Shown here: one piece after another, positions 24,721-38,666 of the stretch
How the letters are laid out: each line of letters begins with the position of its first letter
Numbering within the stretch: position 1 is the first letter of the stretch
From: Eledone cirrhosa
Taxonomy: Eukaryota
Assembly: GCA_964016885.1 (NCBI GenBank)
Contig: OZ024749.1
Span: 5,208,001-5,272,000, forward strand
Direction: 5' to 3'
DNA length: 64,000 nt
Notes under the pieces: model-generated
Databases searched by the model: none
What the model was told of the DNA's origin: nothing
What the model saw: only the letters and a program-made list of their open reading frames with translations
Position numbers and translations under genes: made by a program

Positions 24721-27659
24721 TATATATATATATGTGTGTGTTTATCTGTGAATGTGTGTGTGCGTGTGTTTATATTCGTACACATAGATTGCTATATATA
24801 CGAATATATAGATGTATTGATACTTTTCTTTTTGCAATGAAAACATATTTCTTCAAGGTATTCGGATTCGAAATTATCTGTGAAAGCTATTTTATCTGCT
24901 ATTACATGAAGATTATATTACTCTCCGAAATATTATATATATATATATATGTAAAATGTGTGTGTTTTTGTGTACACATGTTTGTATGTATGTATGTATG
25001 TATATATATAAGTATATATATATATATGACAACAGATACGCTTTTTGAAAAGAAAGGTGAATAAAAAATTTGAGAAAATAATTCTGAAAATATATTGATA
25101 TATATGGAAATATATGGAATAAATATAAAAGCATTTCTGGTAACGATAAATTAGACAAAAATAGTATCATGATTATTATTAATATTACCATGCAAATTAT
25201 AATACTGATTATAATAGAACTATGTTGTAAAAGTACAAATATCGATGTATATTATTATTGTTAATATTATAACTACACAAATGATCAAGTTGATGATAAG
25301 GAGATAAGAAAATGGTGGGTAAGTGTAAAGGTAGACAATAATGGACGGAGTTCGTAGATTGGAGAAAAAATGAATGAGTTTAAGAAACCAAAGCTAGCTC
25401 ACATCTCACCATGGGTGAGATGTAAGCGAGCTTTTCTCGCTCATATCTCACCCATATCGATTGTCTGTATCTCTCGTCCATGAATTCACCAAGCTTAAGC
25501 TTATAGATATCATGTACTTGTCTCATCCTATCTTTCCGTTGCAATACCATCTTTGGTTGTTTACATATCTCGCTCGCTTCTCGCTATTTTACTTGTCCCA
25601 ATAACTTTATTTAGTTATTGCTCGCACCAACCAGAGGTATATGATTTTTAGGGCGATGAAATACCAATGAAGGTTGGAAGATCACTGATGAAGGACTAAT
25701 TTTATTCATATGTAACCCATGTGCAACCACGCACCACACCATTTTTCTTATATATATATACATATATATATATATGCAATAGACGTCCCTCGGTTTCGAC
25801 AATGAGAGGTCTAGCTGTTCGGTCAATGAAACTTCATTTTCATGAAATTAATGATTCAGCAGAAAGGTGTTCCCTTAAAGTAATTTTCAGAGATTCAACA
25901 TGACACAGTATATATTTTTTTATATTAGTGGCCGAGCATTCCAAAAAACAGTATACCGTTGAAGAAATGTTCACTGAATGTTTACGTGGCACAGGCTGTG
26001 ACAGTTGTTGTCACAATCCATCTAACAGGCTTTCATGCTGCATTGTTATCAGATCTGACCTGAGACCTCAACCGACGCCTGCATATTATAGCCCTAGGCT
26101 AGCTCTACAGTGTGTATGCTCGTTTTCACAAGTATACACCCCATTCTCCCATAACAATTTCAGTCTAGAGTTTGATAATTTGACTAACCTAGTTTTTCAA
26201 GCCTTTTCTCTGACCAGAGAAATATAATTATGAAGCCTGCATCATCCGCTATTCATCCACACTCACCCACACCAAATTATTTGACAGGTCATAACACCAT
26301 ATTACCCTCACCACTGATTTGAATATTTACATAACGCTACTAATTATATATGTAATTTAATTATGCAAATTCATATGAAACTGCGATAAATTATGGATCA
26401 TTAATGTGTGGTAGTTCTACGATAACAGTTATCAAGAGGGTATTTTGTCCTCTCAAATCAGAAAAATAGTTACTTCTATCTCTATCTAGCTATTATTCTA
26501 AAGTGTTTGTATATGTCGTGTAAAACATCGGTCACGCTGGAAAGCGGATGGTAAGAATGAGAATAAGAGAGAGAAACTTTGTATGCCTGTGACGGATTTT
26601 GGTGGGGGTTTTTAAAATTAATCTACGTTATAACAAATCTCTATGAATTGTTAGAGAAAGAGAGCGTGGGTGATTGACAGATCGTGGTCATGGTGTTTTT
26701 CTAATCCCACGGAGCAGCAGCAAGTTGTTTGTAGAAAGGGTATGATAGGCGGAGTTTGTGTCTGAATCTTTTTATTTTGTGTTTGTTTTATATTTCGGAT
26801 GACTAAATAGTTGTTTCTAATTAAAACATGGAATTTCTACATGGTTAGCTGGTAGCAAAGAAAATATTGGACCAGTAGAAACGTTTTCTAGCCACTAATA
26901 TCAGAAAAATCTGTTCGATGACATAATCGTGTCCTTTACCCTAAACTTGTCCCTAATTCCTGATTAAATCGTAAGGGCGTCGTCGTAAAACAGCGGGTCT
27001 TAATTGTATGTAAAGATCGGCATACAAAGATGGCGAGAAGCATTCCTCTTTTAGTGGGAACTGTGCTGGTTTCTTCCAGAAGGTGAATGTGTGTGAGAGA
27101 AAGAGAGGGGGACTGGAACTCAGTATAGAACTGATGTTTATTTATTAATGAAAGATAAAGTTCACCTTAGCAGGATTTGAACTCAGGTTGCAGTGAGCCG
27201 GAGAAATATTGGAAAACATTGTAGTCATCGTAATAAAGTCTCTGCCAATTGGAAGCCTCTGCTTGAAATAAGGGCTGGAACATACTTCAGATGTCATTGT
27301 AATAATTCAACCTTTTTACTCCTGAAGGTCCTTAAGCTAAATATGATGGATTATAAGGCATCCATTATATAACATCCACAACTATCACGAATCAAATATG
27401 TATAATCTGTCATTATTGGGCGGCTATCATATCTTTAAGATGAACATTAACAGAATAACTTACTCCTGCTTATATAAATAGCAAATGCGCCATAGCTAAT
27501 TTCCTGTCACCTTTGCGATAAACTGTATATACCATACGTACCCAGTTATAAGAGATATCTATTCAATCAGCTACACGTGTGTACATACACATTCATTCAT
27601 ATATGCATACACACATACACACATACATACACGCATACATGCATACACGCATGCGTATA

Positions 27660-27702
<43 letters not shown>

Positions 27703-28104
27703 CCACCACTTAATCATATTAAATGAATATTTAATTTCTACTTTTGTATCGAGTACTCAATCTCACCCGACCTATACTTATATCGACATCGAAAAGATGA
27801 AGGGCAAAGTTCACGTCGGCGTGTATTGAACTCAGAACGTTCAAAGCCGTTACGAATAAGGTAAAGTATACTATCCGAGGTTCGAACAGCTCTGACAATT
27901 CGCTATTTTCTTTGCTTATGTAGAGAGGTATGTATGTACGGTCCCTTAACTCATGGGGAATCGTAGGGACGCCCTATTGAGATACAGCGGTTGTAGGGGG
28001 TTTCTTTTAATTTGATGGAGTCTATCACCTCAACCAGATCTGAATACAGCAGATTTCTTCCACTGAAGGATAGAGACTGAGAGACTGAGAGAGAGAGGGG
28101 GGGG

Positions 28105-28260
28105 AATCGACCCCAGTATTAGGTTGGTACATTTCTATAGACCTTGAATGGATGAAAGGCAAAGTTGAACTCGGCGGGATTTGAACTGAGATATCAGAAA
28201 GCCGGTAGGAACACGGCAAAGTATGCTATCCGACGTTCTAAAAGATCTACCAATTCGCCA
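28105..28260 (-). mobile_element. tRNA-derived SINE (an older copy lies at ~27750-27900)
   Basis: ggatgaaaggcaaagttgaactcggcgggatttgaactgag. Confidence 0.8.
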
Positions 28261-28544
28261 TTTTCTTGGCTTATTGAGCGAAACAGAAAATGCATTGCCG
28301 ATGAAGTTTAGTTGCAAAGATATAATTTTAAAGAGAGTAAAAGTCATCAGAAAATGGCAATTATGTTTACTCCTCCTACGAAACTGTGCAGCAATTGTCT
28401 AGATGTGTTGTTTGTTTTTGTTGTTTTGTTACGGAAGACGAAGGGGAGGGGTGAGGTTATATTTTGTTTCATATTTGTTTATTTTCTTCTTATTTCATTA
28501 ATGGTAAAATATTTGTTTATCACTCTACTTCCCGTTTAATTCCT

Positions 28545-28572
28545 CATACACACACACACGCACACGCACACG

Positions 28573-28648
<76 letters not shown>

Positions 28649-28713
28649 CACACACACGCACACACACACACGCACACACGCACACACACACACACGTACA
28701 CACACACACACAT

Positions 28714-28756
<43 letters not shown>

Positions 28757-28846
28757 CAATTATTTATTTATATGTGCATGTTTATAGATATATATACATA
28801 CATGCATATGTATATACCTACCAATATATATATGTCTATATATATA

Positions 28847-28898
<52 letters not shown>

Positions 28899-28912
28899 TA
28901 TATATATGTCTT

Positions 28913-28943
<31 letters not shown>

Positions 28944-29400
28944 ATATGTGTTTGTGTGGCTATATATGCAAACATAACTATATGTATATATATATTATAT
29001 AAGTATATACATACGTAAACGTATATATGTAGTTATGTATCTATGCATGTATATATTGATGAAGGTACGTAGTGTTTGTGTACGTATATATGTAGATATG
29101 TATGACTGTATGTATTTAGGTAGGTCTGAATATATATATATATATATGTATGTATCTGTATGTATGTATGTATGTGTGTGTGTGTATGTGTGTGAATGTG
29201 TGTATGTATGTATATGTGCGCGTATATGTAAGTGCATATATATGAATGTATGTATATGTGTGTGTATATATGTGTGTATGTAAGTATGTATGTATGTATG
29301 TGGGTATGTATGTATGTATGCGTTTATGTGTGTATGTATGTATGTGTCTGTTTGTGTGTATGTATGTGTCTGTGTGTGTGTGTACGTATGTATGTAAATA
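28545..29400. repeat. (CA)n, (TA)n and (TATG)n microsatellite cluster
   Basis: Direct reading. Confidence 0.9.
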
Positions 29401-29949
29401 TCATTGTATGAGAATAATCATTGTCGAAAGCCCATTGTGCCAATTCCAATGATTCTTTTGAACAGTTATATGATGGAAGTAAATCAATAAGCCAAAAGAA
29501 TGATAGAAAATAAAAACCAACAATAATAAAAGCAATTCTGAAACAAAAATAAAGAGAAAATTGAGTAAAGTAAAACATTTTCGTACCTTGCAAAGAGACT
29601 GAAGAATTTCTAAAACATGATAAATGGATTGGAGGCATGACAACTTCTGTTTTGTTCAATGGTCTTCTCTGCTTCTCCTTTTGATGCTATGTGTGTGTAA
29701 ATTCTTAAGCTTCTTTAACGTCCAATGGTGTTTTTATGCTTCACCATTCGTTTTCTTTCGCCTAAATTCACAACATTACTTTAAAAACCCGGCATCCAAT
29801 GTGTCTTTGCGTTCTCAGAATTCTAAGATTTCTAATTTACACATTTATATAAATACTTGCGTATATATATACATACGTACATATATACATGTATACGTAT
29901 TATGCACATACAGACACGTGTGTGAGTGAATATATTTATACACACACAT

Positions 29950-30006
<57 letters not shown>

Positions 30007-30124
30007 TGCGTGTGTATGTATATATTATGTGTGTGCGTATACAGATATATGTACGTGAATATATATATATATATTTATAAATGAGTGTATATGTTATGTC
30101 TGTGCGTATACAGATATATGTACG

Positions 30125-30193
<69 letters not shown>

Positions 30194-30811
30194 TATAAAT
30201 GAGTGTGTATGTATATGTTATGTCTGTGCGTATACAGATGTATGTATGGGAATAAATATATATATATATATATGCAATATATATATTTATATGAACGTAT
30301 GTATGTATTCTTGTGTGTGATTATGTGTATGTTTGTTTATTCGTGTGTGTCTACATTGAGCATTTTTTTCTTACTCTATATTTAAACTTACCAACAGCAG
30401 ACATAGTCGACATTTACTTTGTAAAGTAGTTGACTTGTACTGAATTACATATATATGCTAACAAATAGAAAAGTTATATTGGGGAAACTGAGGAGATTAC
30501 GTGTGTAGAGAGATTCGTTAACATAACTACAGTTAAGAAGGAGACTGTTCATACTATTTTCTAGATATAATCATTTTACTAGATTAAAAGTTAGCTTGAA
30601 ACTAACCAACACTGACTTCTTACATATAAGATACAAATAAGAAAAAGATTATAAAGAAATGATGAGACAAAACAAAAACAAGATGACTGACGTTGCTGTG
30701 ACATAATGTGCGATAACTTGCTATGTGCAGCAGATATTGTGATAAATTATACTTCTGAGATCGGATCACACTGAATTATGCACTCATATAATATATATAG
30801 TATTATATATA

Positions 30812-31111
30812 CTTTCGGGTCTCGAATAATCGCCCCCATCTATTAATTTTTCCGTTTTTATCCAAACCTCGGGCTTATTAAATTTTGCTAACCATCTCCC
30901 ACGAATTTTTTCTTTATGATTAAAAACATTACACATGCCGAAAAACGTATCTTATTACAGGCCCCATACATTATAACATGAATAGGATGGGTTGTTGTCT
31001 CAATATCTAAACTAGACCACTAATTCTGATTTGTAATAAATTCCAACCGGAATAATTAAAAAATATTACCGATTTTTCACACCCCACAACCTATCATTTG
31101 GGACCCGAGTG
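30812..31111. mobile_element. Tc1/mariner-type MITE
   Basis: TA|CTTTCGGGTCTCGAATAAT ... ATCATTTGGGACCCGAGTG|TA: imperfect TIRs with TA duplication. Confidence 0.55.
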
Positions 31112-31217
31112 TATATGTATATATATTATTATTATTATTGCTATTATTATTATAAATATACATTTATATATTCATGTATATGTGTGCTCGCTTTTGGGCA
31201 CGTGTGTTCCTATGTGT

Positions 31218-31400
31218 GTCAGCTTGTATGTGTGCAGATAATTGTTTCTACTTTAGGCACAAGGCAGCAATTACCCATGCATTACTGGTACTTCATTTTA
31301 TCGCCCCGTAAGGATGAAAGGCAAAGTCAACCTCGGCGGGATTTGAACTCAGTAAAGGGACGTAACTATGCTGGAAAGCATGGCGTCCGAGCCTCTACCG
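31218..31400 (-). mobile_element. tRNA-derived SINE with an apparent target-site duplication
   Basis: Full copy; tatgtgtgcagataat occurs immediately on both sides (~31207 and ~31401). Confidence 0.88.
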
Positions 31401-31641
31401 ATACTGCCAACCCACCACCCTATGTGTGCAGATAATATTACTTCCTTTGTTACGATGACGTTGTGAAATAAACATCAGCAATATCTAAACTTTTACTCTT
31501 AATGCCAATCCTGTTCAGAAGAGAACTACGATTATTTGGTCATTCTAAACGTATGTTTAAAGAAATGGAAACGTATTGATAATGACAGACCAGGTTTAAA
31601 GGAAACAAACAACATAGGCCAAAAGCCTCGATAGCTTAGAG

Positions 31642-31829
31642 CTGGGTTTTCCACACTTTTTTTAAAGCGGAACCCTTTAGTTCAGAAACGTTTGGGCTAA
31701 CCCCAAAATCTAATACTGAAATAAGGTCGTAATATAAATACACTCCTTTCCTTGACCTTTTTTCACAGAACACCGGACACTCCTTTGAGGAAACCTTTGG
31801 TTCCGCGGAGCCAACTTCGGGAACCACTG
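31642..31829 (-). mobile_element. hAT (Charlie-like) MITE
   Basis: Minus strand begins CAGTGGTTCCCGAAGT..ggttccgc and ends gtggaaaacccag; flanking 8-mers gcttagag / gcgtaaaa have central TA. Confidence 0.55.
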
Positions 31830-33157
31830 GCGTAAAATACAGCAATGAAAGGAGATGACATTGTTGGGGAAGAGAGGAGATAATTGACAGAAGTGTTTGG
31901 AAGCAGTTTAGAAGTGAACAGTGAACAGCGCTCAAATTACAGGTTAGGGGTTAGATTACAAGAGATCTCATTGTTTTAGAACAGGGGAGATAATTGACAC
32001 GGGAGATAATTGACAGAAGAGTTTAGAACCAGCATTCTACTGAAGTGTCAATGTCATGGAACACGAGAGGTACCTCACTGATTATTGGAACAGATTCTGG
32101 TATCAATAGAGGATGGACCAGTTAGGTACCTCACTGCAGATAATTGTAAGTTTCTGGCTAGGATCTTTGAAAAAGGACTACATACGACTTGGTAGAAGAC
32201 ATTCTCTAAAAATGTCACACAGCGGTACCGAATCTGGGTGTACATGGTTGTGAAACTGCTTATCATTCATCCTTATATGTGTGCATAGTGTATATTGTAA
32301 TATTTAATCTCGGTTGATAAATATAATTCGTTGTATATTTTTTTATCTCAATCATACATAGAATAGATAGAAAATAATATCTCATGTTTAGATTTTACAA
32401 GACGAAATATGGATTTGCTGCAAGCTAGAATAGAAGTTTGTTGACACGACGGAGAAGATCATGAAAGAAAACATTTAAAAACTTTATCAGGTAATATACG
32501 TAAAAACATATAGTAAAAACGATTAGGGATAGGCACTGTCATGGATATGTGGGGGGAAAAGTTCAGTTTGGCAATCACGTGGTGCAGGGTTCGACACTCA
32601 ACGCTAAGGTGTGGTGGCTGCTTGTGCATGTGTATACTAATATAGGAGGGGCGGTGGAAGCATTTCTGAATTGGGGCGTGTGGTGGTGGTGGGGGGGGGG
32701 GGGCAAATTTGGTATATTTAATTGCAGGGATTAGTTTAGCTGTTATTACTAAAATATCAACCAATATATTGTAAAATTCGATATGTGATAATCATAACAT
32801 GTAGATAAATTGTAGCGCATATACAAATAGATGTGTGTTTTGGTAGTTTAAGGGAGAAAATATAATTATTGGCAAGGGACATGATCATCTAACCCCCGCC
32901 ACGAGTTCCATCGTCCGTGTATAGTCATATATTGCCGAATAACTTGTGAATAAAAGTTGGTAGACGGAAAAAATTGTACGGAGCCCAGGCATCTGTATAC
33001 ATTCACACACTTATCTAAACCATCGCATAGAAAACCTGCAACGTCATTCCTTTCTCTGATGAATTCTTCTAATTAATACACGAGGTCAGTAATGTTGCAA
33101 GGAAGAGAACATCGGTTACATGGGACTATTACTTGAGTGGTACATTATTCAACAAAA

Positions 33158-34175
33158 GGGTGGTCGATTGGCAGTATCTGTAGCGCGTAGGACACCCTGC
33201 TTCACTTCATAGAGTTACGGCCATTTACGTTCCGAGTTCAAATCACGCCAAGGGGTCGATAAAATAAAGTACCAGTAATGCACTGAGAGTCGATTTAATT
33301 GAATTCCCCTCCCCTAAATTGTTGACCTTATGTCTATAGTAGAAATTATTATTTAACAAAAGAAATGAATAGAAGATAAAATTGACCTTCGGTACATTTG
33401 AACAAAGAGTGTGAAGATTCGAAAGAAATACTGCCAAACATTTTATCAGAAACTCTAACAAAATGGCCAATACCTTACAAACAATAGCATCTAATGTTTT
33501 CTGATTTAAGCAAAAGGTGAATAATTTTGGGGGAGGGTAAAGTTGATTAAGTCGACTCCAGTCCTTTGCTGGTACTTTATTTTATCGAAACCACAAGAAT
33601 GAAAAAAGAAGGCTAACCTCGGCTTGATTTGAACTCAGAACGTAAAGGGTCGTATATCTAAGCCGCAACACATATTGTCCGAAGTCTTAATGGTTGGTTC
33701 TGACAATCCACCACTTTAATCCCAGTTAAAATAATGGTTTCTTATATAGGCACAAGGCCGGCAATTTTTTTTTTTTTTGGAGGGGGGGGGGGTCAATTAA
33801 ATCGACCCCAGTGCATCACTGGTTCTTTATTTTATCGACCCCGTAAGGATGAAAGGCAAAGTTAACCTCGGCGGGATTTGAATTGAGACCGTAAAGGACC
33901 GTAATTATATGCTGCAAAGCATGGCGACCGACACTCTTCCGGTTTTGCCAATCCACCACCCAGGCAAAATAATTGTTTCTACTTTTGGCACAAGGCCAGC
34001 AAATTACCAGTGTATTACTGGTACTTTATTTTATCGACCCCGTAAGGATGAAAGGCAAAGTTAACCTCGGCGGGATTTGAACTCAGAATGGCAAGGGCCG
34101 TAACTCTATGTGTCAAAGCATGGAGTCCGACCCTCTACCGATACTGCCAATCCACATGCCAATCCACCACCCAGG
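33158..34175. mobile_element. SINE cluster (one + copy at 33158-33350; about four - copies at 33370-34175)
   Basis: Repeated SINE cores; ccaatccaccacccaggcaaaataat is duplicated at ~33947 and ~34159. Confidence 0.88.
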
Positions 34176-34559
34176 CAAAATAATGGGTTCTGATTTAGGC
34201 CGCCCAAGGGCAGCAGGTTTTATGGACAGACCAGAGTCGACTAAATTGACCTCAATACATGAGTTTTAGTTTATAGATATGGTAAGAATGAAATCCTGTG
34301 GTGATAACGATGGCAAATGTAACCAGAACACACTGAGATGGACGTTGCATCTAAGATATTCATTTCTTATATTGACAGAAAGTCCCAGAATATTTGACGG
34401 CGAGGATACTGAGGATACTATTGATATTCCACAACTTGTCATTTATGTTATCCTTCAGGAAAGGAGGACATTTTCACTCGACACTATTTGAATTGTTAAA
34501 TGTATATAACTTCAAGGGCAAATCAAGTAATATTCCTGATGATTGAGTGGGTTATATAC

Positions 34560-35100
34560 CACACACACACACACACACATGCACATACAAACACACACGC
34601 ATACATGCTCACACACACACACATACATACATTTGCATGCACATCCCCCCCACACATCCGCCCCTACACGCTCACGCACACCCACACACACATACATGCA
34701 TACACACCCGCACGCACACATACATGCACACACACATGCACGCACACACGCACACATACACACACACGTGCACGCACACACGCATTCATGCACACATACA
34801 CACATATACATATGCACACACACACATACACACACACACATACGCACATATACACGCACACACACGCACACACGCATACACACACATACACATACACACA
34901 CATATATATATCCACATACATACACACATACAAACACACGCATGCATACACACACATACACATACACACACACATGCGCGCTCACACACATACATACATA
35001 CATACATACATGCATCACACACATGCACACACACAGATGCACACACACACACATACACACACACATGCACACACACGCACAAACACATACATACACACAC
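34560..35100. repeat. Degenerate (CA)n tract
   Basis: Direct reading. Confidence 0.95.
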
Positions 35101-35124
35101 AAATATAAATATATATATAGATAT

Positions 35125-35497
35125 ATATTGTTATACTTTGGGAGGGTCATGTTGCCAAAAAGAAGCACACTTCCCCGTCGTTTTTTGTTTCAATTTATTA
35201 TAAGTTTCCGGTTGGTTGGTTCGAAAAGGCGGAAGGTTGTTAATATATTGTCAAATATCTATTTTCGTTGAGGAGGTCACAGAATGTGTGACGAAATAAC
35301 TTTGACAATATATAAACAGCCTTCCGGTTATCAAACCAACCAGCAAGCCAACCGGAAACTTATAATAAATTGAAGTGTAAACCAACATGTGTGTTTTATT
35401 GGCAACATGACCCTCCGAAAGTATAACAATGTGTTCCAACACACGTTTTCAGATAAGTAATCTCGCAAAACAAATTAAAACACGAATTATATATATG
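35125..35497. mobile_element. Fold-back version of the family A element with its axis at the hammerhead core
   Basis: attgttatactttgggagggtcatgttgcca...atattgtcaaa..tttcgt | tgagga-ggtcacagaatgtgtgac-gaaa..tttgacaatat...tggcaacatgaccctccgaaagtataacaat. Confidence 0.8.
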
Positions 35498-35741
35498 AAA
35501 TAAACTTAATAATCATGTCTTTATGTGTTGTATGTTATTCAATAAAGGCTCGTAGATGAAAATGTTTTCGGGGTTCCAAAATTTAGACCAGCATCGACAT
35601 TTTCCAATTCATATATAGACCTAGTTAGGAATGATGTTTATACTACAAACCTACCTTTTATATCTCAACAGATCTAACCTAACACATACTTAATTATACA
35701 TTTTCTCCACATATATATAAATACGTATGTATGTCACTATA

Positions 35742-35792
<51 letters not shown>

Positions 35793-35880
35793 CTATGAAT
35801 GCGTGTGTATGTATATGTGTGTGCGTGTGATTATATATGTATGTATGTGTGTTTCCGTATATATATATATATATATATAT

Positions 35881-36068
35881 AACTGTTTCTACTTTTGGCA
35901 CAAGACCAGCAATTATGCCAGTGCATTACTGGTACATTATTTTATCGACCCCATGAGGATGAAAGGCAAAGTTAACCTCGGCGGGATTTGAACTTAGACC
36001 GTAAAGGGACATAACTATGCTGGAAAGCATGGCGTCCGACCCTCTACCGATACTGTCAATCCACTGCC
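35881..36068 (-). mobile_element. tRNA-derived SINE
   Basis: Full reverse-complement copy. Confidence 0.9.
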
Positions 36069-36069
36069 A

Positions 36070-36202
36070 ATGAATTAGTTTTGCGAGATTTTTTATATGA
36101 AATCGTGTGTCGAAACAAATATTGTTATACTTGGGGAGGGGCATACTTGTGTAATAATATTACCAGAATTAATAACAGAACACACTCACTGTTTTGTTGG
36201 TT

Positions 36203-36204
<2 letters not shown>
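36070..36204 (-). mobile_element. Family A-related 3' fragment
   Basis: cgtgtgtcgaaacaaatattgttatacttggggagg...aataacagaacacactcactgttttgttggtttg is the reverse complement of the 16830-16905-type sequence. Confidence 0.8.
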
Positions 36205-36258
<54 letters not shown>

Positions 36259-36260
36259 TT

Positions 36261-36306
<46 letters not shown>

Positions 36307-36728
36307 TTTGTATATATATATATATATATATATATATTGGTATATATATATATATATATATATTGGTATGTATATATATATATATATATTGGTATGTATA
36401 TATATATATATATTGGTATGTATATATATATATATATATTGGTATGTATATATATATATATATATTGGTATGTATATATATATATATATTGGTATGTATA
36501 TATATATATATATATATTGGTATGTATATATATATATATATATTGGTTTGTAAATATATATATATATATATTGGTTTGTAAATATATATATATATATATT
36601 GGTTTGTAAATATATATATATATATATTGGTTTGTAAATATATATATATATATTGGTATGTATATATAAATATATATATATATATATTGGTATGTATATG
36701 TATATATAAATATATATATATATATTGG

Positions 36729-36766
<38 letters not shown>

Positions 36767-37388
36767 TATATATATATATATATTGGTATGTATAGATATA
36801 TATATATATATTGGTATGTATATATATATATATATATTGGTATGTATAGATATATATATATATATTGGTTTGCATATATATATATATATATATTGGTTTG
36901 TATATATATATATATATATTGGTTTGTAAATATATATATATATATATTGGTTTGTATATATATATATATTGGTTTGTATATATATATATATATATATATT
37001 GGTTTGTATATATATATATATATTGGTTTGTATATATATATATATATATATATTGGTATGTATATATATATATATATATTGGTATGTATATATATATATA
37101 TATTGGTATGTATATATATATATATATATTGGTATGTATATATATATATATATATTGGTATGTATATATATATATATATTGGTATGTATATATATATATA
37201 TATATTGGTATGTATATATATATATATATTGGTTTGTAAATATATATATATATATATATTGGTTTGTAAATATATATATATATATATTGGTTTGTAAATA
37301 TATATATATATATTGGTATGTATATATAAATATATATATATATATATTGGTATGTATATGTATATATAAATATATATATATATATTGG

Positions 37389-37428
<40 letters not shown>

Positions 37429-37496
37429 TATATATATATATATATTGGTTTGTAAATATATATATATATTGGTTTGTAAATATATATATATATTGG

Positions 37497-37540
<44 letters not shown>

Positions 37541-37737
37541 TATATATATATATATTGGTTTGTAAATATATATATATTGGTTTGTATATATATATATATA
37601 TTGGTTTGTATATATATATATATATAGGTTTGTATATATATATATATATATATATTGGTTTGTATATATATATATATATTGGTTTGTATATATATATATT
37701 GGTTTGTGTATATATATATATATATATATTGGTTTGT

Positions 37738-37775
<38 letters not shown>
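36205..37775. repeat. (TA)n-TTGGTTTG / TTGGTATG satellite
   Basis: Direct reading. Confidence 0.95.
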
Positions 37776-38092
<317 letters not shown>

Positions 38093-38216
38093 TAGGAGGT
38101 GAGTTTTATTGTAGTACAATAAAGCAATGCAGATATCGTATAAGAAGCACTCTACAGTTTGTGGGACTGGAGTATGCATAATATAAGATCAAAAGATGGT
38201 TAAAGGAGTTCCATAT

Positions 38217-38285
38217 ATTTTATTATGCGCATTTCAAAAACAAACATCATCAAGCAATAATATTTGTGTTTTCATCAGATAAAAC
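38217..38285 (-). ncRNA. Hammerhead ribozyme, antisense copy in the inverted pLTR
   Basis: Reverse complement of 41767-41835. Confidence 0.8.
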
Positions 38286-38666
38286 AGGAGAACATGATAT
38301 GAAGGCTAAAAAAACACTTGTTGATAGTGCAGTTTTTAATCAACATATGAAAAGTGGTTTTAGATTGATGTGTGATATTGGGAAAAATATTTTATTTAGA
38401 GAGGGGGGGGGGGAGGATGAAAAGGTAAGGAGATGAGAGGGAGAGATGGGTGATAGAGAGAAAGAGATAGTTTTTATAACTGAGAGGAGATATATTTTTT
38501 ACATAGAGGGGTTGAAAACCGTTGGAAGATACTGTATAAATTAAAAATTTTGAAAATTAACGAAGGGAGGATATGTGCGAGGAAAAAATATTTTATTTAG
38601 GGAGGGGGGGGTGGAAAGGATGAAAAAAAGGGGGGAGGAGATGAGAGTGAAGGTGGAGAGGGAGAG

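Noticed and set aside
25685-25700. Isolated CTGATGA (also CTGAAGA on the minus strand near 52985)
   Set aside because: No correctly placed GAAA, helix III or cleavage triplet
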